Assembly: GCA_042850255.1 (NCBI GenBank)
Contig: AP031373.1
Location: forward strand, 30,001 to 62,000
DNA: 32,000 nucleotides
Origin: Nanobdellota archaeon
Lineage (GTDB): Archaea > Nanobdellota > Nanobdellia > Nanobdellales > Nanobdellaceae
Direction of reading: 5' to 3'
Below the pieces are notes generated by a model. That model made no database searches and was not told the DNA's origin. It worked only from the letters and a program-made list of their open reading frames with translations. Positions within the stretch are counted from its first letter, which is position 1, and each line of letters opens with the position of its first letter. The position numbers and the translations under genes are program-made. Below are positions 1 to 7,797 of the stretch, in pieces.

Positions 1-527
1 TTATTCCCATAATAATATGCTATATCCAGATTTAAATTTAATTTTGATAAAAATTCATTAAATTTATCTAAAGCTTGTTTTACCAATAATCTTGTAGGTA
101 AAACAATTAATACCCTTTTATTATATTTCCAGGAGAAATATATAGATGCTACAGTTATGAATGTTGATTTTCCTATTCCAGTTGGAGCAATCATAGAAAA
201 ACTAGAATTTTTATATAATCTTTTAAACCACATTAATTGTATCTTCCAAGGATAATTATTAATTAAACTATTAAAGAATTCTTTAAATTGCTTTGTTTCT
301 TTATATAATTTATATATCTCCTCAAAATTTTTTAATCTATTTTTTTCTTTTAATTTTTTGTATAAAATTTCCATAAATTCATTTTCATCTTTTATATTAA
401 TTAGATCTAATATTTCATTCTCATTTAAATCTTCTTCACATGGTAATGCATTTGATAATCTATATGATGATATTAAATTACCACAATTGAAGCATAAATT
501 TTTTATATATAAAGGTATATAATCCAT
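1..527 (-). CDS. rgy: Reverse gyrase, N-terminal helicase-like part; 5' part of the gene, continues past the left edge
   Basis: Not in ORF track because it is truncated. My translation from the ATG at 527-525 gives MDYIPLYIKNLCFNCGN...NNYPWKIQLMWFKRLYKNSSFSMIAPTGIGKSTFI. It has a Cys-containing N-terminal finger, then the W..Q..W.KR and APTGxGKS(T) Walker A arrangement typical of reverse gyrase N-termini. Confidence 0.8.
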   Translation of the reverse strand, partial: MDYIPLYIKNLCFNCGNLISSYRLSNALPCEEDLNENEILDLINIKDENEFMEILYKKLKEKNRLKNFEEIYKLYKETKQFKEFFNSLINNYPWKIQLMWFKRLYKNSSFSMIAPTGIGKSTFITVASIYFSWKYNKRVLIVLPTRLLVKQALDKFNEFLSKLNLNLDIAYYYGN

Positions 528-565
528 ATCTTCTAATTTTAAAATTTAATTTATAAATTATTTTT

Positions 566-1165
566 ATGGATATTTCTGATATATTTACTCAATTACAAAG
601 AGAAAAAGAAAGAAAAAATCTTGAAAAATTACAAAAAGACTTTTATATTAAAATTTCTGAGATGATAAAAAGATATAAAAAACAATTAGAATTATATAAA
701 GTAGATAGTAAAGAATATAGAGACCTAAATTCCACTATATATAAAATAAAAGAATCTGTTTATGAATTAATTAATATAAGAATAGAAAAAATAGTAAAAA
801 TGACATTATTAGAAGTAAAAGAAAATTTAAATGCAATTCCTGAAGAAAATTTAGAAGAAGAAGAAAAATTATTATATAAAATATTAAAAAATTTACTGGT
901 TTCTTTTAAAAATAATATAACAGATAAGATAGTAGAAGGTGAAGAAATAGATGTAAATAATTTCTTTAATAGTATTGGAAAAGAAGTAATTATATCACAA
1001 GATAAAGTTGATAAAGAAATATTGATAATAAAAAATGATCTTCCAAAGATAGTAGGACCAAATGGTAAGATATATGGACCCTTTAAAGTAGGAGATATAT
1101 TATTTATAGAGAAAAGTTTAGCAGAAAAGATGGAAAATGTAAAGATTGGAAAAAGAATTTCTTAA
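566..1165 (+). CDS. GINS subunit, Gins51 (Gins15) type
   Basis: The N-terminus (L.REKE...L..L.KDFY..I) and the C-terminal B-domain (LPKIVGPNGKIYGPFKVGDILFIEKSLAEKM) match the archaeal Gins51 pattern. The size of 199 aa fits. Confidence 0.75.
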   Translation: MDISDIFTQLQREKERKNLEKLQKDFYIKISEMIKRYKKQLELYKVDSKEYRDLNSTIYKIKESVYELINIRIEKIVKMTLLEVKENLNAIPEENLEEEEKLLYKILKNLLVSFKNNITDKIVEGEEIDVNNFFNSIGKEVIISQDKVDKEILIIKNDLPKIVGPNGKIYGPFKVGDILFIEKSLAEKMENVKIGKRIS

Positions 1166-1198
1166 AACTTATAAAAGTATTTATCTATCTTATAATTA

Positions 1199-1513
1199 AT
1201 GAAAATTCCAAAAAGTATAAACAAGTATTGTCCATATTGTAGAAAGGTTACTCAACATAAGGTTATCATAGTAAAATCTGTAAAAGCTAGAACTGGTTTA
1301 GTATGGGGAGCTAGAAGAGCAAGAGAAGGAAAGAAAGGAATAGGAAATAAAGGAAAATATAGTAAAAGACCATTATCTCAAAGAAAAAGAGGGATTATAA
1401 AAACATCAAAGGGAGTAGATATAAGAATAGAATGTCAAGTATGTAAAAAACAAAGTATATGGAACATAACTGGAAGGTATAAAAAAGTTGAATATTCTAC
1501 AGCAATAAGATGA
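1199..1513 (+). CDS. rpl44e: 50S ribosomal protein L44e (eL42)
   Basis: MKIPKSINKYCPYCRKVTQHKV plus a second CxxC (CQVCKK) form the zinc-ribbon pattern. The basic composition is also characteristic of L44e. Confidence 0.9.
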   Translation: MKIPKSINKYCPYCRKVTQHKVIIVKSVKARTGLVWGARRAREGKKGIGNKGKYSKRPLSQRKRGIIKTSKGVDIRIECQVCKKQSIWNITGRYKKVEYSTAIR

Positions 1514-1983
1514 AGGCTAAATTATATTTCGAAGCCTTTAGTAATGATAAAGATAAACTCATAGAAGTATTAGATAAAACGTTATATAATAATATTTCCC
1601 AATTTAAGAATTTTCAAATAATAGAGAAAAAAGTTGCAGATCCAATAGAAAAAGAAATAAAAACACCTGACGGTAAAAATATTAAAGGATGGTCTTCCTA
1701 TTTAGAAGTTTATGCTGATTTTAGAGATTTTGATTCATTACTAGATTTTATATTATTTTATACACCTTCCAGAATAGATGTTGAAGATATAAAAGAAATA
1801 AAGATAACAGCAAAGGATGAAGAAGTTAAACTAAATAGAGAAAAAATTAATTTATTATTAAATCAGATATCTCAAGCAATATTTACTAAGGTTACTGCAT
1901 TAGCAAATGCATATATAGCACAAATTAAAAACCCACAATCTCAACAAAAACCTCCAACAGATTTAAAAGTTCCAAAAAGCTAG
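1510..1983 (+). CDS. Hypothetical protein, 157 aa, start overlaps the rpl44e stop (ATGA)
   Basis: ORF with a 4-nt overlap with rpl44e. I recognise no motif. Confidence 0.5.
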   Translation: MKAKLYFEAFSNDKDKLIEVLDKTLYNNISQFKNFQIIEKKVADPIEKEIKTPDGKNIKGWSSYLEVYADFRDFDSLLDFILFYTPSRIDVEDIKEIKITAKDEEVKLNREKINLLLNQISQAIFTKVTALANAYIAQIKNPQSQQKPPTDLKVPKS

Positions 1984-2780
1984 CCAAAATAATATTCTCT
2001 TCTATTTTCTTCCTTTTTCCTTTCTTCTTCAATTTTCTTTAATCTATTTATATCTTTTTGCAATTCTTCTTTTATTTTCTTTCCTTTTTCCTTTAGATCT
2101 GAATTATCTACCTGGAAATCATATATTTTTCCTAAAACTTCCAAAGCTTTAGCTGCCGCAAAATATCCATTTATTTGATTAGAATAATATGTTTCTACCA
2201 ATAATAAATATGCAGGTTTTTTGTATATTTGAGAATAATACAACATTAATCCACTCATACCAATTACAGTTTGAGATTTAAATATTTTTATTTCCCCTAA
2301 TTTTTCCTTTAATTTATTTAGATCATAATATTTATTAAATGCTATTAAATAATTAGGCTCTTCTGGTTCCAATTGATTTCCCAAACCCAAACCTCCTATT
2401 ATGGAATATTCCTTTATATTGTATTTACCAATTTTTTTGAACAAATTATTAGTAAATTTATATCTAAGATATAAAGAAAATCCAGGATCTTCTAATATAG
2501 ATATTTGAAAATTTCCATATAATATAATAAAATCATATTGCCCTATTTTAGTTTTATATAATTTATAACTAATATTATCCCTAATTATTCCATCTTTTCC
2601 AATAAAAACAAAATCTGGGAAAAAATCTGTAACTACTCTTCCTATTAGTTTAGCATTAAAAGACTTTATTAATTTTTTTGCGACAATTCTGGATATATTA
2701 CCCATTCCTCCCCCAATTCCATATAAAAATATTCCATTACTTATATTTTCCAATTCTTCTTTATTTAATATAAATTCCAT
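1980..2780 (-). CDS. PAC2-family (proteasome assembly chaperone-like / archaeal ATP-grasp-like COG1938) protein with K/E-rich C-terminal tail
   Basis: GIGGGMGNISRIVAKKLI near the N-terminus, IIGGLG, and VIGMSGLMLYYS...LLLVET follow the PAC2 family pattern. It lies directly downstream of aIF2a-nop10, a conserved archaeal neighbourhood. Confidence 0.6.
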   Translation of the reverse strand: MEFILNKEELENISNGIFLYGIGGGMGNISRIVAKKLIKSFNAKLIGRVVTDFFPDFVFIGKDGIIRDNISYKLYKTKIGQYDFIILYGNFQISILEDPGFSLYLRYKFTNNLFKKIGKYNIKEYSIIGGLGLGNQLEPEEPNYLIAFNKYYDLNKLKEKLGEIKIFKSQTVIGMSGLMLYYSQIYKKPAYLLLVETYYSNQINGYFAAAKALEVLGKIYDFQVDNSDLKEKGKKIKEELQKDINRLKKIEEERKKEENRREYYFG

Positions 2781-2786
2781 ATATAA

Positions 2787-2963
2787 TTATAACCATCCTT
2801 TTTTATATAAGATTTCCCTTTTCATTTTCCTTCTATAATTACCCCATTTATCTTCTGGAGAAAACTTTGGAGGTATAACTCTAACTGTTTTATTTCCACA
2901 TATTGGACATATTTCTTTAAATGTATATATTTTACAATTTATACATTTTCTAATCTCTTTCAT
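2787..2963 (-). CDS. nop10: H/ACA RNP protein Nop10 (58 aa), missing from the ORF track
   Basis: My translation is MKEIRKCINCKIYTFKEICPICGNKTVRVIPPKFSPEDKWGNYRRKMKREILYKKGWL. It has the CxxC..CPxCG zinc ribbon and the PPKFSPEDK motif of Nop10. The start overlaps the aIF2-alpha 3' end by 14 nt. Confidence 0.9.
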   Translation of the reverse strand: MKEIRKCINCKIYTFKEICPICGNKTVRVIPPKFSPEDKWGNYRRKMKREILYKKGWL

Positions 2964-3726
2964 ATTTATTTATTTCATATATTATATTGTATTTTTTAGC
3001 ATTTTCTTCAATTACTTCCATTAATTTCTTCTCTTTCTTTTGTAGATCAGAAGGATTTGTAGTTAAGTATTTTATTAAATATGATGGAGATCCTAAATAT
3101 GTTATACTTACACCTAAATCTTTTATTTGTTTTAAAAACTCTTTTAATTTATTTATCCCATCTCCCTCTATATTATAAGCTTGCAATATATATGAAAATT
3201 GATATTTTGGTGGATTTAAATATTCTAAAATATATTTATATAATTTATCTGAAATTTTCTTTTCTATTTTATAATTTTCCAATGCCTTTTTTCCATTTAT
3301 ATATGCATTTAAAAATACATTATATAGTTTTTCATTTGGAACTATCTTAAATATAACTTTTTCTTCCAATTCTTTCATATCTATATTTTCTTTTTCACTC
3401 ATTATCTTTAATACATTATATGCTGCATTTTCCCTTTTATATTCTAATATTTTCGCTTTTTGTTTATTTTTATCTACTCTTTTTAGCGATAATGTAGCTA
3501 ATCTGTTATTAATATCCACATCTAAAACTAAACATACTATCTTTTTTCCTTCTTTTACTATAATTCTTGGATTTGTTATCCTTCTATTTGATAATTCATC
3601 TATGGGTATTATACCATTAAAATTTTCAAATTCATCCAAACTTACTTTAACATCTAAATCTGAAACATTAGTAACTGTACATATTACATAGTCATTTTCT
3701 TTAGGATAGTCCCTTCTTTTATACAT
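2950..3726 (-). CDS. eif2a: Translation initiation factor aIF2 alpha subunit
   Basis: The N-terminal S1 domain (YPKENDYVICTVTNV...GIIPIDELS) followed by helical and alpha-beta domains, and the 258-aa length, are typical of aIF2-alpha. Confidence 0.85.
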   Translation of the reverse strand: MYKRRDYPKENDYVICTVTNVSDLDVKVSLDEFENFNGIIPIDELSNRRITNPRIIVKEGKKIVCLVLDVDINNRLATLSLKRVDKNKQKAKILEYKRENAAYNVLKIMSEKENIDMKELEEKVIFKIVPNEKLYNVFLNAYINGKKALENYKIEKKISDKLYKYILEYLNPPKYQFSYILQAYNIEGDGINKLKEFLKQIKDLGVSITYLGSPSYLIKYLTTNPSDLQKKEKKLMEVIEENAKKYNIIYEINKYERD

Positions 3727-3759
3727 TTATAATTCATTGTGAATAATATTTATAATTTA

Positions 3760-4266
3760 TTAAGAGGTGATGTTGGTTATATTTTCTGTATACGAATTTG
3801 GATTATTTATTATATTATAGACTGTTGTTAATTCTCCCCAGAAAGTATTTACACTACTCATTATACTAGATATACTTATATTAGATAAATTTATACCAAA
3901 ATCAGAATTTAGAGTGTTACTTATTTGATTACCAAAAAAATACCAAATAATAAATAGACCACCAAAAAATATAACTATAAAAAGTATTATAGCTAATAAA
4001 GTCGATCCACTAGAATTTTGTTGATTATTTTGATTATTATATATGTTATAAACCGTTATAGGACTTTGTGGATTTTTATTAATAAATTTATCTATATTTT
4101 TTGGTAAGTAATTATTAATATTTTTATTTTGATTGTTTACTTGCTGATTACCATTTATATTATATACTTTCGTTTGATTATTATTATTCTTTTTCTTAGA
4201 CAAATAATAATAGTAGTAGTATAAATAATAATAGTATAAATAAGGATTTATTCTTTGACTGCGCAT
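3760..4266 (-). CDS. Asn/Tyr-rich low-complexity membrane protein (one TM helix)
   Basis: It has the poly-Tyr N-terminus YLYYYYLYYYYYYL, N/Q-rich linkers and the TM segment LLAIILFIVIFFGGLFIIWYFF. Its start lies 1 nt after the stop of the upstream gene. Confidence 0.45.
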   Translation of the reverse strand: MRSQRINPYLYYYYLYYYYYYLSKKKNNNNQTKVYNINGNQQVNNQNKNINNYLPKNIDKFINKNPQSPITVYNIYNNQNNQQNSSGSTLLAIILFIVIFFGGLFIIWYFFGNQISNTLNSDFGINLSNISISSIMSSVNTFWGELTTVYNIINNPNSYTENITNITS

Positions 4267-4267
4267 T

Positions 4268-5311
4268 TTAAGATATCTGTAAATATGATATATCTAAATA
4301 ATTTATTGGCCTTATCGCTAAAATATTTGTTGGTAACAAACATTCCGATATATTTATAGCATATACTGCTTGTTCAGAGTTAATTATATATCTACAATTA
4401 TTATTTATAGATATTTCTCCAGATCCTTGATTTACTACTACTTCTAATAGATCATTTGTAATATTATTTGAAAATGGTATATAAAATATATTATTATTAG
4501 ACTGTATGTAAACATTATTTAACTCTACAGGATATGAAGATTCAAATTGTATATTATTTTCCCCTATATTTAAATATGGGGTTAGATAAAAAAGATCACT
4601 ACATTCAGATAATGGAATAGTTAAATTATTAATTACCAATTGAACATTTTGAGGAGAATAAGGACAAAAATCATAATATAAATATACATCTCCAGATACA
4701 TAATAATAAGAAAATGATAAATAACTTAATTCTAAATAATATAAATTAAGATTATTAACTTGCCCTACTCCACTAAAGAATACATTATTTGGAACAAAGC
4801 TTATTTCTAATTTATTTTCTCCTTGATATAAATAATAAGAAGGTACAAATATAGATAATTCTCCATTTTGGCATCCAGAATATAATTTATAATTATTAAC
4901 ATATATGTCAAGGTGTCCATTGCTACAATAGAAAAATCCAGTAATATTTATACCAACGTAATTGTTGGAAAAATAGAAATAATAGGATTTTTCTACTATA
5001 CCATAAAATATATTTGTTCTAAAGTCAATGTCTCCTACTGGTTGTATATATGTTGGAACATAATTTCCAATTGTATAATTATTTGCTATATAATAATATG
5101 ATGATGATGAAGATAATTGTATATTTTGATAAGTATATTGAGAAACAGGGGTAGTTATGCTTGTTATATTTTGTTCTAAAGTTTGATTTAGTATTTGTTG
5201 AAGAAATTGTTGTTTAGCTGGTGTTGATAATAGTAACCAATATATTAATAATATTATACCTAATACTATAAAGAATAATCCTACAGCAAAGGTTTGATAT
5301 CTTTTTTTCAT
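4268..5311 (-). CDS. Membrane-anchored or secreted Tyr/Asn-rich protein
   Basis: The N-terminus MKKRYQTFAVGLFFIVLGIILLIYWLLL is a signal anchor. The rest is a beta-rich Y/N/S composition with a few Cys. Confidence 0.55.
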   Translation of the reverse strand: MKKRYQTFAVGLFFIVLGIILLIYWLLLSTPAKQQFLQQILNQTLEQNITSITTPVSQYTYQNIQLSSSSSYYYIANNYTIGNYVPTYIQPVGDIDFRTNIFYGIVEKSYYFYFSNNYVGINITGFFYCSNGHLDIYVNNYKLYSGCQNGELSIFVPSYYLYQGENKLEISFVPNNVFFSGVGQVNNLNLYYLELSYLSFSYYYVSGDVYLYYDFCPYSPQNVQLVINNLTIPLSECSDLFYLTPYLNIGENNIQFESSYPVELNNVYIQSNNNIFYIPFSNNITNDLLEVVVNQGSGEISINNNCRYIINSEQAVYAINISECLLPTNILAIRPINYLDISYLQIS

Positions 5312-5336
5312 AATAAATATAACAACCTTCCAAAAT

Positions 5337-6350
5337 TTATATTTTATATCTTAACTTTCCTATAACACCAAATTTATTTATTAGTTCATAATTTTGTACA
5401 TTATTATTAACAAAATATATTTCAGCATCTATATTATCTAACAAATTGAATAAATCAATTATTTTTGCTATATCCCCATTTTCTTTCATTTTTTTAAAAT
5501 ATTCTTCAGAGATTAATACATATTCTATATTTCCATACTGAGCATTCTTATATACATCATCTATTCCAAAAGAAATATATCCTTTCTGCATTAAATATAA
5601 TATCTCATCTATTTTTTTGTTTATCTCCATTATTTCAATATCTTTCAAAGTTTCATAATATTCTTTTCTTCTAGTAAATTCATATATTCCATCAGCACCT
5701 CCATTGGATACTTTAAATGTTAATATTTTATCTACATTTACCTTATCTTTTATATAATCATAAAATTCTTCTGGATAAAATATAGGACCTATTATACATA
5801 AATATTTTATCTTATAATCATTAATTAGTTTTACATATTCAGAATATATTTTTTTTCTTTTTGCCTCTCCCTCAGGATCTTCTTTACTTATATTTATTCT
5901 ATCTTCCCTTAATATCTTTATTCCTTTATTTATTATACCTGCTGCTATTTGATCATTATCTAATGATATAACAAATATATAATTATTTCTATTTTGTGCT
6001 TTTTCTAATATTTTTATTTCATATTTTTTAATCCCATCTTTTTTAAATAAAATAAATTCTGTACCTATTCTTATATCAAATGTATGATAGTGTCCAACAA
6101 CTTCCTTATCTGCTTCTAATATTCTACCAGAAATTCTTAAAGAGTCTCCATATTGTGAAAATTTTACCTCTTCTACTTCAATTTTTATTTTTACTTTTAT
6201 TTTTTCTTTATCATTTTCAAATTTTATTACTCTATAATCTTCTCCTTCTATTATATCTCCTTTATTTATTATTTTAAATAAATATAATAAATCTTCTTCA
6301 ATTTCTATTTTTATTTTGATTGTCTTTTTATCAATTAAATAATATTTCAT
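5337..6350 (-). CDS. pelA: Pelota (aPelota/Dom34) mRNA surveillance factor
   Basis: The length of 337 aa, the N-terminal Sm-like region (IKIEIEEDLLYLFKIINKGDII) and the eRF1-like central and C-terminal domains fit Pelota. Confidence 0.8.
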   Translation of the reverse strand: MKYYLIDKKTIKIKIEIEEDLLYLFKIINKGDIIEGEDYRVIKFENDKEKIKVKIKIEVEEVKFSQYGDSLRISGRILEADKEVVGHYHTFDIRIGTEFILFKKDGIKKYEIKILEKAQNRNNYIFVISLDNDQIAAGIINKGIKILREDRINISKEDPEGEAKRKKIYSEYVKLINDYKIKYLCIIGPIFYPEEFYDYIKDKVNVDKILTFKVSNGGADGIYEFTRRKEYYETLKDIEIMEINKKIDEILYLMQKGYISFGIDDVYKNAQYGNIEYVLISEEYFKKMKENGDIAKIIDLFNLLDNIDAEIYFVNNNVQNYELINKFGVIGKLRYKI

Positions 6351-7327
6351 ATTATAGATAAGATTAATGCAAAGAATATTGGAGGAACAAATGGTGCCCC
6401 TTCACTTACTTCTACTGTTATATCATTATATTCTGATAATTTTTTCAATATTTCAATTTCTTCTTTAGATAAACCCGTTCTTCCCTTAAATATTTTATTT
6501 TGGAATAAATGAAATATAATTAAAATTGCTATTAAAGAAATATAAAAATAGAAAATATTTATAAAGTAGAATATAATAGGTATTAATGAAAAAATAATTA
6601 AAATAATTTGATTTACTATACTTCCCTTCTTAAATTTTATTATATACTTATCCTTTTTTTCTATATCAAAATATTTCTTTACTTTTTCAAGATCTTCTTC
6701 TTTTATATTATTTATTTCAATCATATCTTCTATCCAATCTCCTTCTACTAATTCATTAACTTTCCTTTTAAATGTTAATTCTTCTCTTATATTTTTTTCA
6801 AATATTTTAAATATAAAATATGATATGTAAATCAATGCTAATGATATTAAAAGATAATAAAGAACAAAAGATATTAAAAAGTAATAAATAAAAGATATAG
6901 AAAATAATACTAAAATTATATTAATTATAGATAAATAAAAACATTTTTTATTTTTCTTATAAAAAACTTTAACCCCTTCTATATTATGGAAAATAAATCC
7001 AAATAAAAATAGATATATAATAAAAGATAAGAGAATTTTAATTGATAAAAAGGATAATAGTAGAATTATAGAAAAGAATATATACAAATCACCAATTGCC
7101 AATAATCTTAATGAATATAAAATTACAAAAAATAAAAATATAATGTAAGAAAATAATATATTGTTTGGATAATAACCTGAAAAGATCATAAATAAGAAAT
7201 AAGAAATATTAAAAATAAATAAGATATAGATTATTATATCATCTACAGATTTCTGTTTTATATCCTGATATGAAGATATTCCTAAAATAATTCCATCAAC
7301 TATTAATAATGGTAGTAGGTAGTACAT
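6347..7327 (-). CDS. Polytopic membrane protein, probable A24-family aspartic prepilin/prearchaellin peptidase (FlaK/PibD-like) with a soluble insertion
   Basis: SSYQDIKQKSVDD in the first loop and LAIGDLYIF resemble the two catalytic Asp motifs. The C-terminal GAPFVPPIFFA resembles the PF.P motif. There are more than 8 TM helices and a charged ~60-aa insertion. Confidence 0.5.
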   Translation of the reverse strand: MYYLLPLLIVDGIILGISSYQDIKQKSVDDIIIYILFIFNISYFLFMIFSGYYPNNILFSYIIFLFFVILYSLRLLAIGDLYIFFSIILLLSFLSIKILLSFIIYLFLFGFIFHNIEGVKVFYKKNKKCFYLSIINIILVLFSISFIYYFLISFVLYYLLISLALIYISYFIFKIFEKNIREELTFKRKVNELVEGDWIEDMIEINNIKEEDLEKVKKYFDIEKKDKYIIKFKKGSIVNQIILIIFSLIPIIFYFINIFYFYISLIAILIIFHLFQNKIFKGRTGLSKEEIEILKKLSEYNDITVEVSEGAPFVPPIFFALILSII

Positions 7328-7361
7328 ATAAAGTTAAAAAATTAAATTTTTATAAAGTATT

Positions 7362-7410
7362 ATGATGATGTGGACACCCCCTGAAAAATGATGATTGGAG
7401 TAGCTACTGA
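7362..7410 (+). ncRNA. Box C/D sRNA (2'-O-methylation guide)
   Basis: Architecture: ATGATGA (C, 7362-7368), 12 nt TGTGGACACCCC, CTGA (D', 7381-7384), AAA, ATGATGA (C', 7388-7394), 12 nt TTGGAGTAGCTA, CTGA (D, 7407-7410). This is the textbook archaeal arrangement, located in an intergenic gap. Confidence 0.85.
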
Positions 7411-7440
7411 CTTTTAAATTTCTAAGTTCCTTATTTTATT

Positions 7441-7797
7441 ATGCCATTAATAATTCCTTCTCCAGAATATAGTAAAAGGAGAAAATTATTAGAAACTGAT
7501 AGAAAGATAAAAGAAGCTCAAAAGAAAAATAAAGGAAAAATAAATGTTATATTAAAGAAAGAAATAGATCTTACAAACCCAACAGATACTGTAAAATTAT
7601 TATCTATGTTATATAAATTAGAAGAAGAAGGATATTTTGATGAATTATATATAGTTAAGAACAATCAATTATTGGATTTACTTGATATATCTAAAAATAC
7701 AAATATAAAGGATATTGAAAAAGAAAAAATAATAAAATTATATAATATAATAGAAAAAATGATTAATATAATAAAGAGATTAAGACAAATAAACTAG
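7441..7797 (+). CDS. Hypothetical protein (118 aa, K/E-rich)
   Basis: ORF only; no motif recognised. Confidence 0.4.
   Translation: MPLIIPSPEYSKRRKLLETDRKIKEAQKKNKGKINVILKKEIDLTNPTDTVKLLSMLYKLEEEGYFDELYIVKNNQLLDLLDISKNTNIKDIEKEKIIKLYNIIEKMINIIKRLRQIN

Noticed and set aside
1980-2000. C-terminal YYFG of the PAC2-like protein as an HbYX proteasome-docking motif.
   Set aside because: HbYX requires hydrophobic-Tyr-any as the last three residues. The actual terminus is Y-F-G, so the motif is not canonical.
2987-3350. Track ORFs 2987-3178 and 3081-3350 on the + strand. Similar antisense ORFs occur at 4913-5101, 6080-6277, 9396-9590, 10120-10344, 12308-12757, 14745-14939, 15237-15431, 19760-19957, 22385-22570, 22950-23144 and 24346-24543.
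   Set aside because: All lie antisense to well-supported genes (aIF2a, Pelota, PolB, RtcB, YchF, Alba and others). Their translations are low-complexity F/L/I/Y strings, as expected from the reverse complement of K/E/N-rich AT-biased coding sequence.
5200-5311. Class III (type IV pilin-like) signal peptide on the 347-aa protein as a substrate of the nearby A24 peptidase.
   Set aside because: The N-terminus MKKRYQTFAVGLFF lacks the usual small residue (G/A/S) at -1 after the basic stretch. It looks like a plain signal anchor.
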